A DNA stretch of 64,000 nt from Candidatus Eremiobacteria bacterium (GTDB lineage Bacteria > Vulcanimicrobiota > Vulcanimicrobiia > Vulcanimicrobiales > Vulcanimicrobiaceae): NCBI GenBank assembly GCA_963737065.1, contig CAVTRC010000001.1:1888001-1952000 (forward strand), written 5' to 3'. This document shows positions 9,701 to 19,212 of the stretch, piece after piece. A program made the translations under genes and the position numbers. Numbering within the stretch: the stretch's first letter is position 1; each line of letters opens with the position of its first letter. A model generated the notes under the pieces. That model made no database searches and had not been told where the DNA came from. It saw nothing but the letters and a program-made list of their open reading frames with translations.

Positions 9701-10489
9701 CTATGTAAGCGCGCCGGCCGCGGCCTGGACGTATCCGAGTTGCGCGGAGATGGTTTGTGCCGCAGCGCAAATGCAAAGCGCGACGTCGGGGATGCGGTCG
9801 CGCGTGAGGCGTACGGCGGGCGAAGAGATTCCAAACGACGCGATCACAAGGCCGGTGTGGTCCCTCACGGGCGCGGCGATGCAGCGAACACCGGGATGCA
9901 GCTCCTCTTCATCGACGGCGTACCCGACGCGACGCACGCGCGCTAAGTCTTTGTCCAACTCGTCGACGCTCGTCATGGTATGCGGCGTAAACCGCCTCAG
10001 CGGGGACGTCCCAAGGAGTTCGACTAATTGAACGTATGTGAAGTCGGTAAGCAGCGCTTTGCCGATCGCCGTACAGTACAGCGGTTCCGCGGTGCCGATC
10101 GTAGTCTCTACGCGCAAAATGCCCGTAGCAGATTGCGCTGCGACGGAGACTGCAGATTGCCGTTCGCGAACCGCAACATGCGTGTTTTCGCCCGTCTCGA
10201 GAGCAATCTCTCGCAAATGCGACTGCGCTATCTCCACGACGCTGAGCCGGCGCAGCAGGGCTGACGCAATCTCCAGGATGCCGTATCCGACGGAATACTT
10301 TTTCGTCTCGCTATGCTGCATGGCGAACCCGTGAGTTTCTAAGGTCGCAAGCAGCCGGTACGCGGTGCTCGGATCGACGTTCAGCCGTTCCGCAATTTCG
10401 GTGACGCCGGCACCTGCCGGCTGCTCGGCGAGCAAACGCAAGATGTTCAAGCCTCGTGACAACGAGTTGATGAGAGTGGGACCAGCCAT
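9701..10489 (-). CDS. IclR family transcriptional regulator
   Basis: SLSRGL..L HTH, STAYRLLATL, TAIGKALL, GVRCIAAPV; likely start ATG 10489. Confidence 0.93.
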   Translation of the reverse strand: MAGPTLINSLSRGLNILRLLAEQPAGAGVTEIAERLNVDPSTAYRLLATLETHGFAMQHSETKKYSVGYGILEIASALLRRLSVVEIAQSHLREIALETGENTHVAVRERQSAVSVAAQSATGILRVETTIGTAEPLYCTAIGKALLTDFTYVQLVELLGTSPLRRFTPHTMTSVDELDKDLARVRRVGYAVDEEELHPGVRCIAAPVRDHTGLVIASFGISSPAVRLTRDRIPDVALCICAAAQTISAQLGYVQAAAGALT

Positions 10490-10495
10490 TCTTTC

Positions 10496-10593
10496 AATGT
10501 GGCATCTTATTGCACTATCGTCAAGGAGCGCTCTCATACGAAGCTAGGTCTCTCGATAATTATGCAAGGCCATTGACAATTTTGCAATTGCAT
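10496..10593. promoter_or_regulatory. Divergent promoter region with paired candidate operators
   Basis: Minus strand TTGACG-N17-CACATT ends 6 nt before iclR ATG; plus strand TTGACA at 10573; 21-mers 10504-10524(-) and 10573-10593(+) are 15/21 identical. Confidence 0.55.
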
Positions 10594-10639
10594 GGGTGAA
10601 TGATTCCCGTAGCCCGCTTCCAGGGCGGAGGTACGACTG

Positions 10640-13345
10640 ATGGACACTTGCAGCAGAATCTGCTCGCGTACCGCTCTTCTCGCGATCTTTTTCGTTGCGC
10701 CGGCGCTGATTTGCGCGCCGGTCAGCGCGCAGACGGCAAACTCGCCCGTCAGCGCGCAGACGCCAAACTCGCCCAAATATACGATAAGCGGCACGGTCGT
10801 TGACCAGCAGAGCTCCTTGCCGATTTCCGACGCTCGTCTAACGCTCGTCGAAGGAAACGCAACGATCGCTACAACGCGCTCGGATATATCCGGCGCGTTC
10901 AAGTTCCCCGCGGTTTCCCCGGCACTATACAACATTCTCATCACTGCCGCGGGACATGAGAGCGGGCGTTCTGACGATATTGCGCTCGCGGGCGGTCCCG
11001 CGACCGTTTCGCTCGTACTCGCACCAAGTACGACGGCGAATACCGGAAACTCACTCAAAACGATCGCACACGTCACGACTCGTGCGGGCGGCCTACAAAC
11101 CACGACGACGATTCAGCAGCAAATCGACCCGAACATTATCCAAAACCAAGGGAACCTGCGCGTGGCGGAATCCCTCGGCAAATTGCCGGGCGTAAACATG
11201 GTGGGGTCGGACTCGGCAATCGGCGACGACATTTCGGTCGACATTCGCGGATTAAAGCCTAGTGAGACGCAAGTATTGCTTGACGGGCATCCGATCGGAC
11301 CGATCGGTGTGTATCCTGCGCGCATCGGCGGCGGAACCGGCGGCTACGACTATCAGGTTTCACCGACCTTCGCGCTGCAGAACATTCAAGTCGTGTATGG
11401 TTCCGGTGCTACGGGACTGTACGGCGTCGATGCGGTAGGCGGCGCGGTCGATTTCCAGACGCTGAACCCGTCACTTCGCCCATCAGGCACGCTGAAGATC
11501 GGTACAGGGATGCTCGGTAAACAACTTTCGGCCGTGCAGACAGCGGGCACGTCGGGGAAGTTTGCCTGGGTTCTGCTGCACGGCGTCACCGGTGCTTACG
11601 GTAATTTCCCTGGCGCTGTTATTCCGCAAACCGGCCTTCGGGGGACGGACTTTACGTCTGCGACATACAGCGGCGTCACGTACTGGGTTGGCGGCGACTA
11701 CGTTCTGCGCAACGATCTCGGCAAGATACAGTATGCGTTCTCACCTGCCACCACGCTAAGTTTTACCGGATATTCAGCCACGTCGCGCGACGATAAGACG
11801 GGCGAAGGTGACAACGACTTCATCACGCCGGACTATGCGACCTATCAAGCGCAGCAGAACACAAACTGCAGCACGCCTTCCGGTGTAGCGGGTATTAAGG
11901 TTATGGTCGACTCCGGGAGCGCGTGCTACACGCCGCAACAGTATGGGCAAGGCGCGAGCGGACCAGCGGGCGGCGGCCCTGGCGCCTTTCAAGCCCTGGC
12001 GAATCAAGATTACCATGCGCGACTGACTACAAGCGCGGGTCGTAATCAAATCGTGCTGGATTCGTACATTGACAACTACAGCCAGAACCGCGAACGCCCG
12101 GAGTCGTTTGTCAACGGTCCGCTGTCGATATTGAACGTGACGTATCGTTCGATCGGCTCACTGCTTAGCGACGACATCGCCTTTTCAAAGAACGACGTGG
12201 GATTCGGCGCGTTCTCAATGCGTCAGTATACGAACGGCCAAAATATCAGCGGCACAAACGTGATCCCGCATGCTCCGATATTCGATAAACTGGACAGCTT
12301 CTTCGTGCGCGACGTATACGAGCCGGGCGGCCACTTATCGTTTTTCTTGAATTCGTGGCTGAAACACTCGAACGTCGGCGGCAATTCGTTCGATCCTCGT
12401 TTGTCGATCATATACCGGCCGACGTTGTCGGACGTATTTCGACTCACCGGGGGGAAATCGTCCGCGGATCCGGCCCCGCTCGCTCCACAGCTGACCGGTA
12501 TCGGAGGCATCACTCCGGGCAACTGCAAGCTAATTTCTGTAGGCGAAGCGCAGTCTCCGAACGAACTGCCCGAACGCGCAAGCGACCTAGAAGCATCATA
12601 CGCGCACCATTTCACGGCGGATACCAACATACAGTTGGTTGCGTATGATACGAATGAAATAAACACGATTTTCCAAGGACAAGAACCCGCCGCCGACTTC
12701 CTGGACTTCATAAATCAGGCCGGCGCGAACTACCTGCCTAGCGTGTTTGCGAAGATAACACAGCTTTGTCCTAGCTTCCAACCGCCGAATCCCGGCCCGA
12801 CGATCGCGAATCTCGTCGTCAACACCAATTTGAACCTCGCTCGTGAGCGCGCTCGCGGACTGGAGTTGAGCGGCCGCATGCGAATCACCCCGCATCTCGC
12901 AATCGACGGCTACTATGATCTGCAGTCTGCCATGATTTTCGACGCGCCTCAATCCCTCTTGACCAGTAACGTGACGCTGATAAACGGCTCGCAACTTCCG
13001 GAGATTCCGCTTCATAAGTTCGGACTCGCAGTCGACATTACGAACACTCATGGCGCAGAAATCTATATTGACTACACGCATCTCGATAGTAACAACTCGT
13101 TCAATCGCCCCGCCTTCGGATGGGCCGACGCAATGTTGACGCAGAGCGTATCCAAGCAATTGTCCTTGAATCTCGGCATCACTAACGTGTTCAATTCTGC
13201 AGTCGACAACTACGGACGGATCGGCTGGGGAGTATACGTACCGGAAAATGAATACGGAACAGATGCAAACGCTCTCGCGCAAGGGACAGAGCGCTTCGGT
13301 CTTTTGCCGACGGCCGTAACGTTTTCGCTGACTGAAAAATTCTGA
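10640..13345 (+). CDS. TonB-dependent receptor
   Basis: Signal peptide, carboxypeptidase-regulatory-like N-domain, plug motifs (LPGV, IRG, LLDGHP, YG..A.GG.V), NVFN and C-terminal Phe; GGAGG RBS. Confidence 0.85.
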   Translation: MDTCSRICSRTALLAIFFVAPALICAPVSAQTANSPVSAQTPNSPKYTISGTVVDQQSSLPISDARLTLVEGNATIATTRSDISGAFKFPAVSPALYNILITAAGHESGRSDDIALAGGPATVSLVLAPSTTANTGNSLKTIAHVTTRAGGLQTTTTIQQQIDPNIIQNQGNLRVAESLGKLPGVNMVGSDSAIGDDISVDIRGLKPSETQVLLDGHPIGPIGVYPARIGGGTGGYDYQVSPTFALQNIQVVYGSGATGLYGVDAVGGAVDFQTLNPSLRPSGTLKIGTGMLGKQLSAVQTAGTSGKFAWVLLHGVTGAYGNFPGAVIPQTGLRGTDFTSATYSGVTYWVGGDYVLRNDLGKIQYAFSPATTLSFTGYSATSRDDKTGEGDNDFITPDYATYQAQQNTNCSTPSGVAGIKVMVDSGSACYTPQQYGQGASGPAGGGPGAFQALANQDYHARLTTSAGRNQIVLDSYIDNYSQNRERPESFVNGPLSILNVTYRSIGSLLSDDIAFSKNDVGFGAFSMRQYTNGQNISGTNVIPHAPIFDKLDSFFVRDVYEPGGHLSFFLNSWLKHSNVGGNSFDPRLSIIYRPTLSDVFRLTGGKSSADPAPLAPQLTGIGGITPGNCKLISVGEAQSPNELPERASDLEASYAHHFTADTNIQLVAYDTNEINTIFQGQEPAADFLDFINQAGANYLPSVFAKITQLCPSFQPPNPGPTIANLVVNTNLNLARERARGLELSGRMRITPHLAIDGYYDLQSAMIFDAPQSLLTSNVTLINGSQLPEIPLHKFGLAVDITNTHGAEIYIDYTHLDSNNSFNRPAFGWADAMLTQSVSKQLSLNLGITNVFNSAVDNYGRIGWGVYVPENEYGTDANALAQGTERFGLLPTAVTFSLTEKF
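10721..10774 (+). repeat. 27-bp in-frame tandem duplication (VSAQT[A/P]NSP x2)
   Basis: gtcagcgcgcagacggcaaactcgccc / gtcagcgcgcagacgccaaactcgccc, one mismatch. Confidence 0.9.
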
Positions 13346-15040
13346 TGCGATGGGTGTACGTCTCGCTGGCCGCGACGCTCAGCGTCGCGGCCGCCTTCCT
13401 TTTCCCGCCAAGCGCGACACCGTCGCCGAACCCCGCGCAGGTCACGCTCGTTCGCCAACGCATCAAACACGTTTTTATCATCTACCAAGAAAACGAGTCG
13501 TTTGACCATTACTTCGGCAGCTACCCGGGTGCCGACAACCTTGCAACGATATCGGCTGCGTTTCATGGCTTCCGTCAGTACGATCCAATCGCGCGCGCGT
13601 GGACGACGCCGTTTCGGATAACGGATCCGGACGTCGAAAGCCCGGATCATTCGAGACGCGCACTTATCGCTAAAATGCACGGTGGGAAAATGGACCGGTA
13701 CGTCGCGGTTCAGGAACAATCATCGGCGAAAGATGGCTATACGTCGGCAGATCAGGAGCGGCTGGGACAGACTCACGATGTCCTATTACGACTGCGACAC
13801 GATACCGTTTTTATGGAAATACGCTCGCGCATTCACGCTTTGGGATCACTTCTTTCAAGCCATGACCGCGCCGTCCACGCCTGGCAACATCGAAGTAATC
13901 GCTGCGCAGAGCGGACAGACGCAAGCCGCTCGCGATTCACACCTTGTCGTTGCAAAGGACGGCTCGGGTGCCGGCGTGCCAGTCGAAAACAGCATGGATC
14001 CTCCGTTTGGTCCGTATCCGGGACCCGCTCCGGCTAAAACACAGATCGTGCAGCGGTATGCCACGGTGATGCTCACGCTCAACGGCCGCGACAATGTTAA
14101 AGCACGCGTCGACCTGCGCGGCGTTCGCGAAGACGTGCACGAGCTTGCCGAAAGTGGAAGAATGTCCGTTCCGTGGGGATGGTATCAGGAAGGATACAAC
14201 GGTCCCGAACGACGAGCACTAAAAGGATACTCGGCGCACCACAACGCGTTGCAGTACTTTGCGTACTTGCGGCATAATGACGTCTTTTGGAATCACGTGT
14301 ATCCGTTAAAGGATCTATTGCGCGCAGTGCGCGGCGGCACGTTGCCGCATCGCGGCGCTTTTTACATCAAAGGTGGAAACCTTAACCGCTTCGGATGGCG
14401 CCCTGCAAACCGTTCGCCGTTCATCCAGCGCAACTTTCTCGGCGACGATGACCATCCGGGAACAGGCGACTCGGATCGACAAGTTGCCGAGTCGTTCGTG
14501 GCTACGTTTGTTAACGCTGTTGCGCGAAGCCGGTACTGGAATGATTCGGCTATTATTATTACGTGGGACGATTCCGGTGGGTTTTTCGACCACGCTCCGT
14601 CCCCGAGTTTCGAACGTTGCTGGGACGGCTATCCATGTGGCGACGGTCCACGAGTGCCGCTCATCGTGATTTCACCGTTCGCGCGGTCGCATGCGGTTGT
14701 TCACGACAGCGCGGACACTGCATCAGTCGTGCGCTTTCTCGAAACAGTGTTCAGTCTTTCCCCGCTCGCAACGCTCCCGAACGAGCGGCGCTTCATGCCG
14801 GAGGGGCCGCGCGACACAAACGCGCGCTTATCTAACTTATTGTCAGCGTTCGATCGGGAACGCCTTACGGCGAAACGACCGGCTATTCCAGCGGCGGCGG
14901 CGATCGTACCTGATGCGGTTGTCGATCGTTTCCCGGCAGCGATGAATTGCAGCAGCCTCGGCATACGGCCACAGCGCATCCCCGGCAGGAATACGCCACC
15001 GGCTGGTTTCCATGGCCTGCCGAAGCAATTGCTCCCATAA
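13345..15040 (+). CDS. Secreted phosphoesterase, phospholipase C/acid phosphatase family (frameshift near 13765)
   Basis: IKHVFIIYQENESFDHYFG in first ORF; DDDHP, ITWDDSGGFFDH, GPRVPLIVISPF in second ORF. Confidence 0.85.
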
Positions 15041-15054
15041 CGAGGACCTACTTC

Positions 15055-16446
15055 ATGAGCACCATCGCTTCGGCGAACGTGATCACGACCGTAAACCCTG
15101 CAACTGGGTCACCTCTTTCCGAATACGAGGTCAACGGGGCAGCCGAGATCGATAAGCGGCTCGACGCCGCGCATGACGCGTTCATGGAATGGCGAAATAC
15201 TCCAATGGAGACGCGTCAAGCGCTGTTGCAGGCCCTGGCCGCGCATTTCCGCGCAAAGCGTTCGGAATACGGGCGGTTGATCACCCTTGAGATGGGAAAG
15301 GCGATCATCGAATCGGAAGCCGAAATTGAGAAATGCGCCTGGGCCTGCGAATACTATGCGGCGAACGCGCCGACGCAGGTTGCACCCGAAGCTATCTCAA
15401 CGGCGGCCGTTCGCAGTTATTCCGCATACCGCCCGCTGGGCGTAGTCCTTGCGATTATGCCGTGGAATTTTCCGTTCTTCCAAGTCGTTCGGTTTGCCGT
15501 TCCGGCTATCGCAGTGGGAAACGCCGCGGTGTTAAAGCACGCCGCCAATGTAACGGGCTGCGCCTTGGCGCTCCAGCAAGCATTTGAATATGCCGGCTTT
15601 CCTCGTCGGCTTTTCACCACTCTCGTCATTCGGGCGAATCAAGTCGCATCGATCATCGCCGACCAGCGGATTGCAGCCGTAACGTTTACGGGAAGCGACG
15701 GCGCGGGATCCGACGTTGCGGCGGTAGCGGGTAAGCACGTAAAAAAGAGCGTCCTCGAGCTTGGCGGATCCGACGCATTTATCGTTCTCGCGGACGCGGA
15801 TGTGGAGACGGCGGCGAAGACCGCCGTGCGCGCGCGTTTTCAAAATTGCGGGCAAAGCTGTATCGCGGCGAAGCGCTTCATCGTCCATGACTCGGTACAC
15901 GAGTCGTTCTGCGAGCGATTCGTTCACTACGCGCGGGAGATCGTGGTTGGCGATCCACTGGAACGCGCCACAACAATGGGCCCGCTAGCGCGACCTGATT
16001 TGGTCGACGAGTTGCAGCGGCAAGTTTCCGTGTCTCTGTCGCTCGGTGCAACGGCCGTCCTTGGCGGTACGCGTATACCTGGCGCGGGCGCGTTTTACGA
16101 GCCCACCATTCTGAAAGGCGTTCTGCCGGATATGCCCGTTTCCCGGGAAGAGACGTTCGGTCCGGCTGCGGCGGTCCTTAAAGCACGCGATGAAAACGAG
16201 GCGGTTGATCTGGCCAATGCATCGGTATTCGGATTAGGAAATAGCGTTTGGAGTCGCGATCTCGACCGCGCCGAGCGGATCGCCGCGCGCTTGCAATCCG
16301 GCCTGGTCTTCGTCAACAGCATGACCGCGTCCGACCCGCGTTTGCCGTTCGGCGGAGTGAAGCGCAGCGGCTATGGGCGCGAGCTCGCGCAGTTCGGCAT
16401 ACGCGAATTTGCAAATGTACAAACCGTTTCCGTCGCCGGCTCATAA
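15055..16446 (+). CDS. NAD(P)-dependent aldehyde dehydrogenase, succinate-semialdehyde dehydrogenase-like
   Basis: IMPWNFP, FTGS, LELGGSD, GQSCIAAKRF, EETFGP, PFGGVKRSGYGRE; GAGGA RBS before ATG 15055. Confidence 0.92.
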   Translation: MSTIASANVITTVNPATGSPLSEYEVNGAAEIDKRLDAAHDAFMEWRNTPMETRQALLQALAAHFRAKRSEYGRLITLEMGKAIIESEAEIEKCAWACEYYAANAPTQVAPEAISTAAVRSYSAYRPLGVVLAIMPWNFPFFQVVRFAVPAIAVGNAAVLKHAANVTGCALALQQAFEYAGFPRRLFTTLVIRANQVASIIADQRIAAVTFTGSDGAGSDVAAVAGKHVKKSVLELGGSDAFIVLADADVETAAKTAVRARFQNCGQSCIAAKRFIVHDSVHESFCERFVHYAREIVVGDPLERATTMGPLARPDLVDELQRQVSVSLSLGATAVLGGTRIPGAGAFYEPTILKGVLPDMPVSREETFGPAAAVLKARDENEAVDLANASVFGLGNSVWSRDLDRAERIAARLQSGLVFVNSMTASDPRLPFGGVKRSGYGRELAQFGIREFANVQTVSVAGS

Positions 16447-16600
16447 AGAGGTGGTGCGCGTGACGAACGCCGCCAACCGCATCGCCGTGCAGTAAACGGG
16501 ACGTTGACGCGCGTGACAAGCAGCCGCTTTCTATGGATAAACGGGCGCAACCGCGTATACTTTGTAGGTGTCGCGACGTTAGATCACGGAAGGCTTTCGC

Positions 16601-18067
16601 ATGAAGACGCTGTTTCTGAGTCCGCCATCGTTCGATGGCTTCGATGGTGGCGCGGGCGCGCGTTATCAAGCGAAGCGCGAAGTGACGTCATTTTGGTATC
16701 CGACGTGGCTCGCGCAGCCGGCAGCGCTCGTGCCCGGGAGCAAACTCGTCGATGCGCCGCCGCACGGGCAGAACGTCGACGACGTGCTCGCGATTGCCAA
16801 GGATTACGAGTTGGTGATCATGCATACGAGCACGCCGTCGATTCGTAATGATGTCGAATGCGCGCGCCGGCTCAAGGAGCAGAACCCTCGCGTCAAGGTC
16901 GGCTTCATCGGCGCGCACGTCGCCGTACTTCCGGAAGAAACACTGCGTGAATACGAAATCATCGACTTCGTGTGCCGTAACGAATTCGACTACACGTGTA
17001 AGGAACTCGCCGAAGGCCGTCCGTGGAACGAGATTCTCGGCCTCTCATATCGTGACGGAAACGGCGAGTTGCAGCGAACGCAGGAGCGTCCGCAGATTGC
17101 CGATTGGGATGCGATGCCGTGCGTCTTGCCCACGTATGCCGAGCACCTCGACGTAACGAAATACTATAACGGATATCTGCTGCATCCGTACGTGTCGTGG
17201 TACACGGGCCGCGGTTGTACCGCAAAGTGCACGTTCTGTCTCTGGCCGCAAACGATCGGCGGTCACAAATTTCGCCACAAGAGTCCCGAGGCGGTCGGTC
17301 GCGATCTCGACGAAGCGAACGCGATCTTCGGCTCGAGAGTGCGCGAGTACATGTTCGACGATGATACGCTGACCAACGAAAAAGGGTACGCCATCGAACT
17401 CAGCAAGCACATGAAGCGGCTGAATCTGAGTTGGGCGTGCAACGCGCGCGCGCACGTGGACTACGATACGCTCAAGATTCTGCGCGACAATAACTTGCGC
17501 GTGCTGCTCGTCGGCTTCGAGTCCGGCAATCAAGAGATTCTCTACCGTATCAAAAAGGGACTGAAGCTCGACATGGCGCGGCAGTTCATGAAGAACTGCC
17601 ACAAGCTCGGGATCAAAGTCCACGGAACGTTCATCATCGGCTTGCCGGTCGATACGCCGGAAACGGTTCGTGAAACGATTGAGTTTGCAAAGGAACTCGA
17701 CCCGCACACCATTCAGGTATCGATCGCCTCGCCGTATCCGGGGACGGAACTCTACAATCAAGCGCTGGCAAATGGCTGGTTCGCGCGCGACCGTTTAGTG
17801 TCGGAAGGCGGCATTCAAACATCCACGCTTTCATACGAGACGTTATCGACGGCCGAAATAGAAGACGCGGTTGAACGGATGTATCGCGAGTTCTATTTCC
17901 GGCCGAAGAAAATCGCGAAGATCGTTGCTGAAATGGTCACTAGCCGTCAGATGCTCGTTCGCCGCCTGCGCGAGGGCGGAGAGTTTTTCAACTACTTGCG
18001 CGAGCGGCGGGTACAAGCGGGTCAACGACGGACGGAGGGAATACAGAATGCCGCTCACGGAGTTTGA
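16601..18067 (+). CDS. hpnJ: Hopanoid biosynthesis-associated radical SAM protein
   Basis: Diagnostic N-terminus PPSFDGFDGGAGARYQA.RE..SFWYPTWLAQPAA; CxxxCxxC (CTAKCTFC) LWPQT. Confidence 0.9.
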   Translation: MKTLFLSPPSFDGFDGGAGARYQAKREVTSFWYPTWLAQPAALVPGSKLVDAPPHGQNVDDVLAIAKDYELVIMHTSTPSIRNDVECARRLKEQNPRVKVGFIGAHVAVLPEETLREYEIIDFVCRNEFDYTCKELAEGRPWNEILGLSYRDGNGELQRTQERPQIADWDAMPCVLPTYAEHLDVTKYYNGYLLHPYVSWYTGRGCTAKCTFCLWPQTIGGHKFRHKSPEAVGRDLDEANAIFGSRVREYMFDDDTLTNEKGYAIELSKHMKRLNLSWACNARAHVDYDTLKILRDNNLRVLLVGFESGNQEILYRIKKGLKLDMARQFMKNCHKLGIKVHGTFIIGLPVDTPETVRETIEFAKELDPHTIQVSIASPYPGTELYNQALANGWFARDRLVSEGGIQTSTLSYETLSTAEIEDAVERMYREFYFRPKKIAKIVAEMVTSRQMLVRRLREGGEFFNYLRERRVQAGQRRTEGIQNAAHGV

Positions 18068-18329
18068 ATCGAAAGAAGCGTTGCGTAAGGCCACCGATTG
18101 GCTAAAGGTATCGGACTTACCGGGAAGCACCGCGGCGTGCGAAGGGATCGCCAACGTCATACCGCTCGTCATCATGGGAGAAATCACGCCCGGCGATCTT
18201 GACGAATTAGCGTCGATCATCGAAGGGCAAGGTCAATCATTTCGTGACACGAACGTCCCGGCCGAGCTGCATGTGCAGCAACTCAAAGAAGCGATTTCGG
18301 CCGCCTTCGACCACGTGAAGAACGGCTGA
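18048..18329 (+). CDS. Hypothetical protein (93 aa)
   Basis: GGAGGGA RBS, ATG 18048 overlapping hpnJ end; MPLTEFESKEALRK... Confidence 0.6.
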   Translation: MPLTEFESKEALRKATDWLKVSDLPGSTAACEGIANVIPLVIMGEITPGDLDELASIIEGQGQSFRDTNVPAELHVQQLKEAISAAFDHVKNG

Positions 18330-18349
18330 CAAGCGAACCACGCGCCGCG

Positions 18350-19190
18350 ATGTCGCACGATGAATTCGTACTCCTCGCCGCAGCCTACTTGCGCGTACCG
18401 AGCCGCCGGCTGCGAGCGCTTGCGCGTGCGCAGGAACGCGATCTGAGCGACTGGATCGCGGGCGATTCGTCACGTAAGGTTTCGCACGCGCGCCATCAAG
18501 CCCGCGAGGCGGTGCAGCGACTGCAGCGGCTGCATGCGAAAGTCATAACGATCGCCGATCCATCGTATCCGGCGGGATTGCTCGATCTCGAAGATCCGCC
18601 GGCGTTTCTCTGTGTGCGCGGCAGCATACCGAGCGACGGAATCGCGATTATCGGAAGCAGGACGCCGCCCGCGCCGGCCGCAGAATTCGCTCGTGCGCTT
18701 TGCGGCAATATGCGGCACGACGGTTGTAAGCGGTTTGGCGTTGGGAATCGATGCGGCCGCGCACAGAGGTGCGATGGACGGCGGAGCGTCGACGATCGCC
18801 TATGTCGGCACGGGGCTCGGCATAACGTATCCGCCCGAGCATCGAGCGCTCGAGGACGAGATTGTTGCGCGTGGTGGCGCGATTGCGAGCGAACGGCTTC
18901 CGGACGAACCGTTGACCAAATGGTCGCTCATTCATCGCGATCGACTACAAGCAGCGCACGCGCGAGCGACGGTGTTGATCGCAAGCGAAGTCGACGGCGG
19001 CGCAATGCAAACGATGCGCTTTGCAAAGGACTTGGGGCGCCCGCGCTTTGTGCTTGATGCAAGCGGCGCAAACGGATACACGGGCAACGCACGCGCGCGT
19101 GCTGACGGAGCGATTCCGATCCCATTCGATGTCGACGCGGCAGTAAAAACCATAGAGTCGTCGATCTTCTACACTACGCCCGGCGCGTAA
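18350..19190 (+). CDS. dprA: DNA-processing protein DprA-like (frameshift near 18705)
   Basis: YP..L..L.DPP..L.VRG, IAIIGSR, then VVSGLALGIDAAAH; RDRLQA in place of usual RNRII; short, divergent. Confidence 0.78.
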
Positions 19191-19212
19191 ACTGGTTCGT
19201 ACGGAATAATTG

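Noticed and set aside
18350..19190. DprA as part of a defence or competence island
   Set aside because: No partner genes (comM, PRTase or other defence genes) adjacent
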